From an uncultured Planctomycetia bacterium (GTDB lineage Bacteria; Omnitrophota; Gorgyraeia; Pluralincolimonadales; Pluralincolimonadaceae), in assembly GCA_964650515.1 (NCBI GenBank), contig CAZYUB010000003.1:4096-68095 (forward strand): a DNA stretch of 64,000 nt. The letters are read 5' to 3'. The notes beneath the pieces were generated by a model, which ran no database searches, had not been told where the DNA came from, and saw only the letters and a list, made by a program, of their open reading frames with translations. Within the stretch, counting starts at the first letter, position 1. Each line of letters starts with the position of its first letter. Positions 38,768 to 48,658 of the stretch are shown here, piece after piece. The translations under genes and the position numbers were made by a program.

Positions 38768-39796
38768 ATGAAAAGGATAGGGGTACTGACGGGCGGCGGG
38801 GATTGCCCGGGATTGAACCCGGTAATAAGGGGAGTCGTAAGGAAAGCTTATCTCGAAGGTTACGAGGTACTCGGGATAAAGAACGGGTGGAAAGGCATCA
38901 TAGACGGTGACATCGCCCCGCTCGACCTGCGTTCGGTTTCCGGCATACTTCCTAAAGGCGGCACGATACTCGGCACTTCAAGGACCAACCCGTATAAAAA
39001 AGAAGGCGCGGTGCAGAAGGTAAAGGACAATTTCAGGAAATTCGAGCTCGACGCGCTGATAGCGATCGGCGGCGAGGATACGCTCGGCGTCGCGAACAAG
39101 CTCGTGAAGGAAGGCCTTAAGGTAGTGGGCGTCCCGAAGACGATAGATAACGACCTCAGCGAGACGGATTATACATTCGGTTTCGATACGGCCGTAAATA
39201 TAGTCACCGAATGCATCGACAGGCTCCACACGACGGCGGAGAGCCATAACCGTATAATGGTCGTCGAGGTAATGGGCAGGCATGCGGGATGGATAGCCGT
39301 GCACGGCGGCATAGCCGGCGGCGCGGACGTCATTTTGATACCTGAGGTCCCGATAAACATCGACGAGGTCTGCTCGATAATCAAGAAACGCCATGCCCAG
39401 GGCAAGAACTTTTCGATAGTCGTGGTCGCCGAAGGCGCGAAATTAGACGAGAACTCGGAGATCCTGCAGGAGGAGAAGCTCGATGACTTCGGCCATGTAA
39501 GGCTCGGAGGCATAGGGCAGGTGCTCGGAGAGATGATAGAGAAGAAGACCGGGTTCGAGACGAGGGTCACAGTCCTCGGCCATATACAGCGCGGCGGTTC
39601 GCCGACGGCGTTCGACAGGGTGCTCGGCACAAGGTTCGGCGTGAAAGCCGTAGATCTCGTGAAGCAGGGCAAGTTCGGGTATATGGTAAGCTTAAAAGGC
39701 GTCAATATAGAGGCGGTCCCGATCGAGAAGGCAGTCGGCACCCTGAAGACCGTCGACATGGATTTCTATAATATCGCGAAGGTGTTCTTCGGCTAA
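38768..39796 (+). CDS. pfkA: 6-phosphofructokinase, probably pyrophosphate-dependent
   Basis: GGGDCPGLN. The GGEDT and PKTIDND variants (Asp and Lys at the positions where ATP-dependent PFKs have Gly) point to PPi dependence. TTG at 38765 is an alternative start. Confidence 0.85.
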   Translation: MKRIGVLTGGGDCPGLNPVIRGVVRKAYLEGYEVLGIKNGWKGIIDGDIAPLDLRSVSGILPKGGTILGTSRTNPYKKEGAVQKVKDNFRKFELDALIAIGGEDTLGVANKLVKEGLKVVGVPKTIDNDLSETDYTFGFDTAVNIVTECIDRLHTTAESHNRIMVVEVMGRHAGWIAVHGGIAGGADVILIPEVPINIDEVCSIIKKRHAQGKNFSIVVVAEGAKLDENSEILQEEKLDDFGHVRLGGIGQVLGEMIEKKTGFETRVTVLGHIQRGGSPTAFDRVLGTRFGVKAVDLVKQGKFGYMVSLKGVNIEAVPIEKAVGTLKTVDMDFYNIAKVFFG

Positions 39797-39807
39797 AAGG
39801 CGGTAAT

Positions 39808-40380
39808 ATGAAGAAGAAGATCGAAGGGATCATACAGGAGAGCATATCCGTAAAATCAGACCTGTTGAGCGCAGGGCCGCAGCTTGATAATATACAGAAA
39901 GCCGCGGAGTCGATGATCAAGGCGCTCAGGTCCGGAGGCAAGGTCATTATCTTCGGCAACGGCGGAAGCGCGGCCGACAGCCAGCATATCGCGGCCGAGA
40001 TCGTCGGAAGGTTCATGAAAGAACGGAAAGGGCTCCCTGCCATAGCCCTGACGGTCAATACGTCGGTGCTGACCGCCATAGCTAACGACTATTCGTACGA
40101 GGAGGTCTTCTCCAGGCAGCTCGATGCGGTCGCCGCGAAGGACGACGTGGTTATCGGAATATCGACGAGCGGAAAGGCGCCGAACGTCATAAAGGCGGTT
40201 GCGCTCGCGAACGATAAAGGGCTCGATACGATCGCCCTTACCGGATGCGACGGCGGCGGGCTTGCGAAGACGGCGAAGATATCGATTATAGTCCCTTCAA
40301 AATCCACACCGAGGATACAGGAGTCGCACGTCACCATCGCGCACATCCTCTGCCAGATCGTAGAGGAAGCGTTATTTTAG
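39808..40380 (+). CDS. gmhA: Phosphoheptose isomerase (SIS domain)
   Basis: IFGNGGSAADSQHIAAE motif. 190 aa. Confidence 0.88.
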   Translation: MKKKIEGIIQESISVKSDLLSAGPQLDNIQKAAESMIKALRSGGKVIIFGNGGSAADSQHIAAEIVGRFMKERKGLPAIALTVNTSVLTAIANDYSYEEVFSRQLDAVAAKDDVVIGISTSGKAPNVIKAVALANDKGLDTIALTGCDGGGLAKTAKISIIVPSKSTPRIQESHVTIAHILCQIVEEALF

Positions 40381-40384
40381 CCAT

Positions 40385-40876
40385 ATGACGGACAAATATG
40401 ATAAGAAGATAGTGCCGCTTTCCGCCTTGAAGGCCCTCTGCGCGCGGTCGAGGTCAAGGAGGGAACGCATAGTGTTCACGAACGGCTGTTTCGATATATT
40501 GCACGCCGGGCACGTGAAATACCTGCGTAAGGCGAAGGCGCTCGGCGATATACTGGTGATCGGGCTGAATAGCGACTCTTCCGTCAGGAGGATAAAGGGC
40601 CCGTCGAGGCCGGTGGTCAGCCAGAAGGACAGGGCGGCCGTCGTCTCCTCCCTCGGATGCGTAGATTACGTGACGGTTTTCGGCGATGATACCCCCATAA
40701 AAGCGATAAAGGCCGTCAAGCCGGACATCCTCGTCAAGGGCGCCGACTGGAAGGCCGGCAGCATCGTAGGCGCGGATTTCGTCAAGTCCTACGGCGGAAA
40801 GACGGTCACCGTCCCGCTCGTTAAGGGCAGGTCCACCTCGGATATTATCCGCAGGATAAAAAGAACCTCCAGATGA
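40385..40876 (+). CDS. D-glycero-beta-D-manno-heptose 1-phosphate adenylyltransferase (HldE/RfaE domain II, stand-alone)
   Basis: Cytidylyltransferase-like fold with FTNGCFDILHAGH. 163 aa. Confidence 0.85.
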   Translation: MTDKYDKKIVPLSALKALCARSRSRRERIVFTNGCFDILHAGHVKYLRKAKALGDILVIGLNSDSSVRRIKGPSRPVVSQKDRAAVVSSLGCVDYVTVFGDDTPIKAIKAVKPDILVKGADWKAGSIVGADFVKSYGGKTVTVPLVKGRSTSDIIRRIKRTSR

Positions 40877-41283
40877 AAGAAAAGCTTTACAGGATCATCG
40901 ATGCGAACCTCAACAGGTCGAGGGAAGGCCTGAGGGTATGCGAGGAGATAGCGAGGTTCGTGCTCGATGACCGGGGCCTCACTAAAGAGTTCAAATCCAT
41001 CCGCCACGGCATATCGGACTGCATCAAGTTGTATCCCGCGACGCTGCGCGGGATCGTCTGCGCGCGCGATCCGGGGGAGGATGTCGGCAGGGGAAAACAG
41101 AAGATAGAAAAAAAGCACGCGGGATGGAAGGACGTGTCCGCGGCTAACATGGAACGCGTGAAAGAATCCCTGCGGGTCCTCGAGGAATTCTCGAAACTTA
41201 TAGACAAGAAGATATCCGACAGGTTCAAAGGGCTCAGGTTCAGGGCGTATAGCGCCGAGAAGAAGCTCGTCTCGAGGTTTTAA
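40873..41283 (+). CDS. Conserved hypothetical protein of the thiamine operon (ThiE-associated N-terminal-domain-like)
   Basis: ATGA overlap with the upstream gene. Sits immediately 5' of thiE. The family assignment is recalled, not verified. Confidence 0.4.
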   Translation: MKEKLYRIIDANLNRSREGLRVCEEIARFVLDDRGLTKEFKSIRHGISDCIKLYPATLRGIVCARDPGEDVGRGKQKIEKKHAGWKDVSAANMERVKESLRVLEEFSKLIDKKISDRFKGLRFRAYSAEKKLVSRF

Positions 41284-41285
41284 CT

Positions 41286-41906
41286 GTGAGAGATTTCCGG
41301 CTCTACGTGATCATGGACGGAAAGTCCGCAAACGGACGCGGCCTCGCGGAAGTGGCGTCGCAGGCCGTCGATGGCGGCGCGGACATTATTCAGCTGCGCG
41401 AGAAGGAGATGCCGGCCCGTGAGATCGTGGCGCTCGGCCGGGCCATACGGAAAGCGATAGAAGGCACAGGCGCGTTGTTCATTATAAACGACAGGCCGGA
41501 TATCGCGGCCGCATCAGGCGCCGACGGTGTGCATCTGGGGCAGGACGACCTGCCGCCGGAGGAAGCGCGGGCGATACTCGGCAGGGATAAGGTCATCGGC
41601 ATCTCTACACATTCCCTTGAGCAGGCATTGGCCGCAGAGAAGGCCGGCGCCGATTACATAGGGGTGGGCCCGGTATTCGCCACACCGACCAAACCGGAGT
41701 ACATCCCGGTCGGGACGGGGCTGGTGCGTGAAGTCAGCAAAAAGGTAAAGATACCTTTCGTAGCTATAGGCGGCATAGACGCAGGCAATATAGGGCAGGT
41801 GCTTGAAGCCGGAGCCCGCAGGATCGCCGTGGTAAGGGCGGTATGCGGCGCGAGCGACGTCAGGAACGCGGCAAGGTCACTAAAGGAAATGCTAAAAAAT
41901 ATATGA
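41286..41906 (+). CDS. thiE: Thiamine-phosphate synthase
   Basis: GTG start. Motifs [24 protein letters not shown] and IAIGGI. Confidence 0.88.
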   Translation: MRDFRLYVIMDGKSANGRGLAEVASQAVDGGADIIQLREKEMPAREIVALGRAIRKAIEGTGALFIINDRPDIAAASGADGVHLGQDDLPPEEARAILGRDKVIGISTHSLEQALAAEKAGADYIGVGPVFATPTKPEYIPVGTGLVREVSKKVKIPFVAIGGIDAGNIGQVLEAGARRIAVVRAVCGASDVRNAARSLKEMLKNI

Positions 41907-43186
41907 CTCAACTTGAATCCGCAAGGGCAGGGAAGATAACGCCGGAGATGCGGCAGGTCGCTAAGGCCGAACGCGTCGATCCGAAGCGGCTGGCCCGCAA
42001 GATCGCCGAAGGGAAGGCCGTCATCCCGTGTAACCGCGCGGCGAGGAAGGGCAGGAAGTTATGCGGCATAGGCGAGGGCCTCAGGACAAAGGTGAACGCG
42101 AATATCGGCACATCCGCGGACCTTTCGGGGCTCCCGTCCGAGCTGAATAAGCTTAAGGTCTGCGAAGAGAACGGCGCCGATGCGGTCATGGACTTGTCTA
42201 CAGGCGGCGACCTCAGGAAGATACGAAGGCAGATATTGAAGCGTTCGTCCCTGCCGGTCGGGACCGTGCCGGTTTATGAGGCGGTCGTAAAGACATCCCG
42301 TTCGGGCAGGCCGATATCGGCCATGTCGAGTGAAGACATATTCTCCGTGCTCGAGGGACAGGCCGCGGAAGGGGTGGATTTCTTTACAGTGCACTGCGGA
42401 GTGACCAAAGAAGCCGTAAAGCGGCTGAAGGACGAGGGAAGGGTAACGGGAATAGTAAGCCGCGGCGGCGCGATCCTTGCGGCATGGATGTCGCGCAACG
42501 GACGGGAGAACCCTCTCTACGAGGATTTCGACAGGGTGCTTGATATAGCCCTGGAATATGATGTCACGCTGAGCCTTGGCGACGGCATGAGGCCGGGATG
42601 CCTCGCGGACGCGACCGACAGGGCGCAGGTGCAGGAGTTGATAACCCTCGGCGAACTGGCGAAACGCGCGCATGAGCGCGGCGTGCAGGTCATGATAGAA
42701 GGGCCCGGGCACGTGCCGCTCGACCAGGTAAAGCCGAATATCCTGCTCGAGAAGAAGATATGCAACGGCGCGCCGTTCTATGTCCTCGGCCCGCTTGTTA
42801 CGGATATAGCGCCCGGATACGACCATATTACGTCAGCAATAGGCGGAGCGATAGCCGGCGCAAGCGGCGCGGATTTCATATGTTATGTAACGCCTTCCGA
42901 ACACCTCGGACTGCCTTCCGCAACCGACGTGAAAGCGGGTATCATTGCCGCCCGTATCGCCGCGCACGCGGCCGATATAGCCAAGGGCGTCAAGGGCGCG
43001 ATCGACTGGGATATCGAGATGTCGAAGGCGCGCAAGAAGAGGGATTGGAAGAGACAGTTCGAGCTTTCGATAGACCCGAAGATGTCAAGGGAGTACAGGA
43101 AACGCAACGGTTCGTCCCTTAAGGACGCGTGCACGATGTGCGGGCAATTCTGCTCAATGAAAATATCGGAGGAGTGCCTGAAATAA
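41903..43186 (+). CDS. thiC: Phosphomethylpyrimidine synthase
   Basis: Start moved to ATG 41903, an ATGA overlap with the thiE stop. Radical-SAM-type C-terminal Cys motif [11 protein letters not shown]. Confidence 0.9.
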   Translation: MTQLESARAGKITPEMRQVAKAERVDPKRLARKIAEGKAVIPCNRAARKGRKLCGIGEGLRTKVNANIGTSADLSGLPSELNKLKVCEENGADAVMDLSTGGDLRKIRRQILKRSSLPVGTVPVYEAVVKTSRSGRPISAMSSEDIFSVLEGQAAEGVDFFTVHCGVTKEAVKRLKDEGRVTGIVSRGGAILAAWMSRNGRENPLYEDFDRVLDIALEYDVTLSLGDGMRPGCLADATDRAQVQELITLGELAKRAHERGVQVMIEGPGHVPLDQVKPNILLEKKICNGAPFYVLGPLVTDIAPGYDHITSAIGGAIAGASGADFICYVTPSEHLGLPSATDVKAGIIAARIAAHAADIAKGVKGAIDWDIEMSKARKKRDWKRQFELSIDPKMSREYRKRNGSSLKDACTMCGQFCSMKISEECLK

Positions 43187-44091
43187 TGTCACTGTTAGTG
43201 GTCGGTTCCATAGCCCTGGATTCTGTAAAGACCCCGTTCGGGACGGCGGAAGACGCACTCGGAGGGTCGGCCGTATATTTCTCCTGCGCGGCTACATTCT
43301 TCAGCAGGCCCCGGCTCGTCGGCGTAGTTGGGGCGGATTTCCCGGAAAAATATATCAAGCTGCTCAACGGAAGGGGCGTCGATACACAGGGCCTGAAGGC
43401 CGACAGCGGGAAGACCTTCAGGTGGAAGGGCGAATACGACTACGACCTCAATACGGCGCACACGATATACACGCACCTGAACGTATTCGCGGATTTCAAG
43501 CCGGAGATCCCCGCCGCGTACCGCGATTCGGAGAACGTCTTCCTTGCGAATATCGACCCGTCACTGCAACTGGATGTGCTGAAACAGATCGACAGCCCGC
43601 GGCTCACCGCATGCGACACGATGAACTACTGGATAGAGAACAAGCCGAAGCAATTGAAGCACCTGCTGGAACACGTGGACATATTCTTCTCTAATGACAG
43701 GGAAGCCAGGGAATTCTCGGGGGAACATAACCTGCTGAAGGCGGCAAGATATATATTTTCTTGCGGGCCGAAAATTGCTATAATAAAGAAAGGTGAGCAC
43801 GGCGTTCTTTGTGTCTCTAAAGGATTTGTCTTTTCCTATCCCGCATATATCCTGGAAGACCCGTTCGATCCGACCGGAGCGGGCGATACCTTCGCGGGAG
43901 GGTTCATGGGTTATATGAGCAGGGCGAAGCGCGTCAACGAAGCGGAGCTCAGGAAGGCCTGCGCTTTCGGGACGATACTTGCCTCGTATACGGTCGAAGA
44001 TTTCAGCGTCAACAGGCTGTTGCGCCTGAGCAAAAAAGATATCAGGGAAAGATATGCGAAGTTCCGAAAACTTATGCATATCTCCGGTTAG
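43186..44091 (+). CDS. PfkB/ribokinase-family carbohydrate kinase
   Basis: Start ATG 43186 with TAATG overlap. N-terminal LLVVGSIALD. C-terminal DPTGAGDTFAGGF signature. Confidence 0.75.
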   Translation: MSLLVVGSIALDSVKTPFGTAEDALGGSAVYFSCAATFFSRPRLVGVVGADFPEKYIKLLNGRGVDTQGLKADSGKTFRWKGEYDYDLNTAHTIYTHLNVFADFKPEIPAAYRDSENVFLANIDPSLQLDVLKQIDSPRLTACDTMNYWIENKPKQLKHLLEHVDIFFSNDREAREFSGEHNLLKAARYIFSCGPKIAIIKKGEHGVLCVSKGFVFSYPAYILEDPFDPTGAGDTFAGGFMGYMSRAKRVNEAELRKACAFGTILASYTVEDFSVNRLLRLSKKDIRERYAKFRKLMHISG

Positions 44092-44106
44092 GGATCACGG
44101 GATCTT

Positions 44107-44182
44107 GCGGGTGTAGTTCAGTTGGTAGAACGTCAGCTTCCCAAGCTGAATATCGCGGGTTCGAGTCCCGTCACCCGCTCCA
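44107..44182 (+). tRNA. tRNA-Gly (anticodon CCC)
   Basis: Hand-folded cloverleaf. Acceptor GCGGGTG/CACCCGC. D-arm GTTC/GAAC. Anticodon loop TTCCCAA. T-arm GCGGG-TTCGAGT-CCCGT. Encoded CCA. Confidence 0.9.
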
Positions 44183-44192
44183 TTTAATAAAG

Positions 44193-44882
44193 ATGTCTTA
44201 TAAAAAGGCCGTTCCGGCATTCTTCCTTGCCGTACTAGTCGCGGGATGCGCGAGCGCCCCGGCGGTAAAGCCTCCTAAGGCGGATAACCTCCCCCCAAAG
44301 GCCTGCGAAGGGGTCTACCATAAAGTTGCCAAAGGAGAGACCCTTTGGCGCATATCCAAGAATTACGGCGTGGATCTGGACAGCATTGTGGAAGCGAACG
44401 GGCTTTCCGACGCGGCGGAGATAAACGCCGGGCAGGTGATCATAATACCCGGGAAGGCCGCGAGAACGCCCGCAGAAGCCCCGCGGCAGTCGCCCGTCCA
44501 ATCCGTGAACGAAGAGTTCGCCTGGCCTGTTAAAGGCCGCGTAGTCGCTAAATTCGGCGAAAGGAAGGGCCTTACCCCCAACAAAGGAATAGATATAAGC
44601 GCAAGAGAGGGTTCGTCCGTCGTCGCATCCAGGAGCGGCAGGGTCATCTTCTGCGAGGAGAAGGTAAAGGGTTTCGGGAAGACCGTCATAATCGACCACG
44701 GCGACGGGATGCAGACGGTGTATTCCCATAATTCCGAGATCCTCGTAAAGACCGGGCAGGATGTAAAAAGAACACAACCGATAGCAAAAGTGGGTTCGGG
44801 CGGAAGGGGAAGCGCCCCTTACCTGCATTTCGAGATAAGGAAGAAGCATAAACCGCAGAATCCGGTGCACTATTTACCTTAA
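44193..44882 (+). CDS. LysM-domain M23 metallopeptidase lipoprotein (NlpD/LytM-like)
   Basis: Lipobox LVAGC. LysM motif GETLWRISKNYG. M23 motifs HxxxD and HFEI. Confidence 0.85.
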   Translation: MSYKKAVPAFFLAVLVAGCASAPAVKPPKADNLPPKACEGVYHKVAKGETLWRISKNYGVDLDSIVEANGLSDAAEINAGQVIIIPGKAARTPAEAPRQSPVQSVNEEFAWPVKGRVVAKFGERKGLTPNKGIDISAREGSSVVASRSGRVIFCEEKVKGFGKTVIIDHGDGMQTVYSHNSEILVKTGQDVKRTQPIAKVGSGGRGSAPYLHFEIRKKHKPQNPVHYLP

Positions 44883-44899
44883 GTTTAAGGATCTTACCG

Positions 44900-46537
44900 A
44901 TGTTACTTGATCCCGCGATAGGAAGCAACTTTTACGGCAGGAACGATATCCTCGCCCTGCTCGAGAAGAGGGCGGAAGGCCTGCGTTCCGGTTATCGCCA
45001 GAACGTTGCCGTCATAGGGCCGTCGTATTGCGGCAAGACCTCGCTATTATACCGTTTCATTTCGCTGCCAGTCCAGAAGGACCTTGTCCCGGTCTATATC
45101 GAAGTAAAGGATAAGGGCCTGCCGTCATTCGCGGAAAAATTTTCATCGACCCTGATCTACCGCTATCTCGGCCGCACCGACGCCATACCCAGGACATTAA
45201 AGGCGTCAAAATCAGTCGAGGCACTGTTAAAATCCGGCAAGGGCGCCAAGGCGTTCCGCGCCGCACTCGAGCTTCCGGCCATAGCATTTGCCGAGACGGG
45301 GCTCAAGCCGGTCGTTATAATAGACGAGTTCGACAGGCTCGGCGGGTTCGGCATAGAAGACGTTTTCGCGGAACTCGGGAAATCCATAATGGTGCAGAAG
45401 GACACGATGTATATCGTGGCTTCATCGCGCATCAAGCAGGCAAGGGAGATATTGTCGGAGAAGCTGTCGCTGCTCTTCGGGAATTTCGAGGTATGCGAGC
45501 TCGGTACGTTCGGCGTGAAGGAGGCCTGCGGATTCATCGATTCGAGGCTGACATGCGGCAATCTTCCCCCGGAATTGCGTGAATTCATCGCTTCGTTCAC
45601 GGACGGCCACCCGTTCTACCTTGACGCCGTCCTGCTGGATATGGAAAAACGCACGGGCCGCCTGCCGCAATGCCGCCATAAGGACGAATTGATAAATACT
45701 TTCACCGAAACCCTCTTCGATTCCAAAGGCATATTGAACCAGCATTTCTCGGTCGTGCTGACAGAGTTCGAGGAGATGGACAGGCGGATGACGCCCATGC
45801 TGCTGGCATTATCGGCCGGCGCGAAGAAGCTCGCCGAGATCGCGTCCACGTCCCGCGTAAACAAGCCCGAGGCGGCCGCGTTGCTCGAGAAGCTCATAGA
45901 TTCCGGAAAGGTCTCGAAGCACGGGGTATGCTACCTGATAAGGGATAAGGTCTTCGAGTTCTGGCTCAGGAACGTCTACCACAGCAAGGAATACCTGTTC
46001 GACAGCGGTTATGAGCCTAAGATATCGAGGTTCAGGGAATCGGTCTCCGGGTTCATCGACTCGTACGTCTCGGAGAACAGCGGGGAGAGGGCCAAGATAG
46101 CGGGAGAGCTTTTCATGTCGTTCAAGGGCGAGCTCGTCGAGCTTTCCGGGAAGAGCCTGAAGATGCCCCATTTCAAGTCATGCGAGCTCGAGCGCTCGAA
46201 GACGGACGGCATCTCATACATAAAACTCTCCGGCGCGGATTCGATATGGGTCCTGCTGTTCAGCTCAAGGGGCCTCAGGGATAACCATATAATCGATTAC
46301 ATAAACCATTGCAGGAAATACAAGGACGGCCTGAAGCGCAGGATAATAATAACGGCCGCCGATATCGGCGCCAACGCGAAGCTGATCGCGAAGGACGCGA
46401 AATGCCTCATATGGGGGCCGGCGGAACTGAATATCCTCATGGACATCGCGGGCCGGCACAGGATCGTCCTGCCGGTCGAGCATGATAATGACGTCGCGGC
46501 CTGCGAGGGCCTTATGGATTCGGAGAACGCCTCATGA
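44900..46537 (+). CDS. AAA+ ATPase of the 'archaeal ATPase' type with C-terminal DUF234-like region
   Basis: Walker A GPSYCGKTS. Walker B VIIDEFD. 545 aa. SD AAGGA upstream. Confidence 0.7.
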   Translation: MLLDPAIGSNFYGRNDILALLEKRAEGLRSGYRQNVAVIGPSYCGKTSLLYRFISLPVQKDLVPVYIEVKDKGLPSFAEKFSSTLIYRYLGRTDAIPRTLKASKSVEALLKSGKGAKAFRAALELPAIAFAETGLKPVVIIDEFDRLGGFGIEDVFAELGKSIMVQKDTMYIVASSRIKQAREILSEKLSLLFGNFEVCELGTFGVKEACGFIDSRLTCGNLPPELREFIASFTDGHPFYLDAVLLDMEKRTGRLPQCRHKDELINTFTETLFDSKGILNQHFSVVLTEFEEMDRRMTPMLLALSAGAKKLAEIASTSRVNKPEAAALLEKLIDSGKVSKHGVCYLIRDKVFEFWLRNVYHSKEYLFDSGYEPKISRFRESVSGFIDSYVSENSGERAKIAGELFMSFKGELVELSGKSLKMPHFKSCELERSKTDGISYIKLSGADSIWVLLFSSRGLRDNHIIDYINHCRKYKDGLKRRIIITAADIGANAKLIAKDAKCLIWGPAELNILMDIAGRHRIVLPVEHDNDVAACEGLMDSENAS

Positions 46538-47019
46538 GGATCCTTGTCCTGTCAGATACGCATGTGCCGAGGATGGCGAGGGATATCCCTAAAGCGGTCT
46601 ATGAGGAGGCCGGAAAGTGCGACCTGATCCTGCACGCGGGTGATATCACCGAGCCGCGCGTCCTCGAAAAACTGAAGAAGATAAAAAAGACCGTCGCGGT
46701 ATGCGGAAACATGGATGATGCCGGGATCTCTTCTGAGCTTAAGCCGAGAGAGATCATCGAGGTGAAGGGCTTCAGGATAGGGCTTACGCACGGTTCGGGG
46801 CCGCCCGACGGGCTTATCGATAAGGTCCGCGAGGAGTTCAGGAAGGACAAGGTGGACTGCATTGTCTTCGGACACTCCCACCACGCGGTCAACGAGACCC
46901 GCGACGGCGTAATATTCCTTAATCCCGGAAGCCCGACGGACAAGATATTTGCAAAATTCAATTCCTACGGCATAATCAAGATATTCCGCAAGATAGAGGC
47001 GGAGATAGTCAAGCTCTAA
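46534..47019 (+). CDS. YfcE/MJ0936-family metallophosphoesterase
   Basis: MRILVLSDTHVP, GDITE, GNMDD and GHSHH motifs. ATGA overlap with the ATPase. Confidence 0.85.
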   Translation: MRILVLSDTHVPRMARDIPKAVYEEAGKCDLILHAGDITEPRVLEKLKKIKKTVAVCGNMDDAGISSELKPREIIEVKGFRIGLTHGSGPPDGLIDKVREEFRKDKVDCIVFGHSHHAVNETRDGVIFLNPGSPTDKIFAKFNSYGIIKIFRKIEAEIVKL

Positions 47020-47033
47020 AAAGGAGACAACGC

Positions 47034-47522
47034 ATGGACAGGCTTTGGGCCCCGTGGAGGACGCAGTACATATCGAAGGTTGGCTCCATGAAGGGCTGCA
47101 TATTCTGCTCGAAGTTGAAGTCCGGCGGCGACAAGGCCGCGCGCATCATAAAGAGGAGCAGGTATTCGTTCTCCGTCCTTAACATATTTCCTTATAATAA
47201 CGGCCACCTGATGGTCGTCCCTTACAGGCATGTCAGCGACCTCACAAAGCTTACGGACGAAGAGCTGCTTGACATGTGCAGGCTCCTCAATAGGACGCAG
47301 AAGATGCTCGAAAAGGCCCTGAAACCCGACGGATTCAATATAGGCGTCAACATAGGCAGGTCCGCCGGGGCGGGGGTCAGGGGGCACGTGCATATACATA
47401 TAGTCCCGAGGTGGAACGGCGACGTGAACTTCATGCCGGTCTTCACGGGCTCAAAGGTCATGTCGCAATCGCTCGACGCCCTTTACGAAAAGCTCATCAG
47501 ATGCTCACGCGCAAAGAGATAG
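47034..47522 (+). CDS. HIT-family nucleotide hydrolase/transferase
   Basis: Histidine triad HVHIHIVPR. N-terminal WAPWR motif. SD AAGGAG. Confidence 0.85.
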   Translation: MDRLWAPWRTQYISKVGSMKGCIFCSKLKSGGDKAARIIKRSRYSFSVLNIFPYNNGHLMVVPYRHVSDLTKLTDEELLDMCRLLNRTQKMLEKALKPDGFNIGVNIGRSAGAGVRGHVHIHIVPRWNGDVNFMPVFTGSKVMSQSLDALYEKLIRCSRAKR

Positions 47523-48658
47523 AAGGAATAGAGTTCAAGACCTTCGCGCCTTACGCGATGAAGTCGCGCGATTCGAAGGGCAGGATCCATAAGGAAGAGG
47601 AACATCCCTACAGGACCTGTTACCAGAGGGACAGGGACAGGGTCATCCATTCCACGGCGTTCAGGCGGCTCGAGTATAAGACACAGGTCTTCGTGAACCA
47701 CGAGGGCGACTACTACCGCACACGTCTTACTCATACGCTCGAGGTAGCGCAGATAGCGGTCTCGATCGCGCGGACGCTCGGGCTTAACGCCGACCTTACG
47801 GAAGCGATCGCACTCGCCCATGATATCGGCCATCCTCCCTTTGGGCACACCGGTGAGCAGGAACTGCACGAGCTCATGAAGGGCCACGGCGGTTTCGACC
47901 ATAACATCCAGGGGTTGAGGGTAGTGGACCTGCTCGAAGAGAGGTACCCCTCGTTTAGCGGTCTTAACCTTACCTGGGAAGTAAGGGAAGGTATCAATAA
48001 GCATTCGACCCCCTACGACAGGTCAAACCGGCTGGCGCAGCTCGATCCCGAAAAATCTCCCGCCCTCGAGGCCCAGATAGTAGACCTCTCCGACGAGATA
48101 GCTTACGATAACCACGACCTCGATGACGGACTCGCGTCGGGCCTTATCAGCGAGGACGACCTGCGGTCCATACCGCTATGGAAGGACGCCGACGACAAGC
48201 TGGCAGGGGCGAATCCGGGTATAAAAGGGCAGATAAAAAGATACCAGATAATCCGCTCGCTGATAAATACGGAAGTCACCGACCTCGTCACGGAATCCGA
48301 GAAGAGGATCGATGCCCTCGGGATACGGTCATTCGAAGATGTCAGGTTGCACAGGGAAAGGACCATAACGTTTTCCGCCGGCCTGCTTGAAAAAAGGAAA
48401 CCGCTGAAGCAGTTCCTTTATGACAACCTGTACATGAACCACCGGGTCGTCAAGATGGCGGACAAGTCCCGCAGGTTCGTGCGGGAACTCTTTAATGTGT
48501 ATATTTCGAATACCGAACAGCTCCCGCCTTCGTATAAGCACAGGATCGAGGCGGAGGGGACGCACAGGGCGGTATGCGATTATATCGCGGGCATGACCGA
48601 CAGGTATGCCCTTGATGAATACATCAGGCTCTTCAACCCTTACGAGAGAGGACAATGA
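47501..48658 (+). CDS. dGTPase-like deoxynucleoside triphosphate triphosphohydrolase (HD domain)
   Basis: Start moved to ATG 47501. QRDRDRVIHSTAFRRLEYKTQVF and HDIGHPPFGH motifs. Confidence 0.85.
   Translation: MLTRKEIEGIEFKTFAPYAMKSRDSKGRIHKEEEHPYRTCYQRDRDRVIHSTAFRRLEYKTQVFVNHEGDYYRTRLTHTLEVAQIAVSIARTLGLNADLTEAIALAHDIGHPPFGHTGEQELHELMKGHGGFDHNIQGLRVVDLLEERYPSFSGLNLTWEVREGINKHSTPYDRSNRLAQLDPEKSPALEAQIVDLSDEIAYDNHDLDDGLASGLISEDDLRSIPLWKDADDKLAGANPGIKGQIKRYQIIRSLINTEVTDLVTESEKRIDALGIRSFEDVRLHRERTITFSAGLLEKRKPLKQFLYDNLYMNHRVVKMADKSRRFVRELFNVYISNTEQLPPSYKHRIEAEGTHRAVCDYIAGMTDRYALDEYIRLFNPYERGQ

Noticed and set aside
44092-44200. tRNA-Gly as a possible integration site of a genomic island
   Set aside because: No integrase, excisionase or direct repeat of the tRNA 3' end was seen within the window. 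The adjacent genes have local GC and codon usage. This is kept only as context for the ATPase-phosphoesterase-HIT-dGTPase finding.
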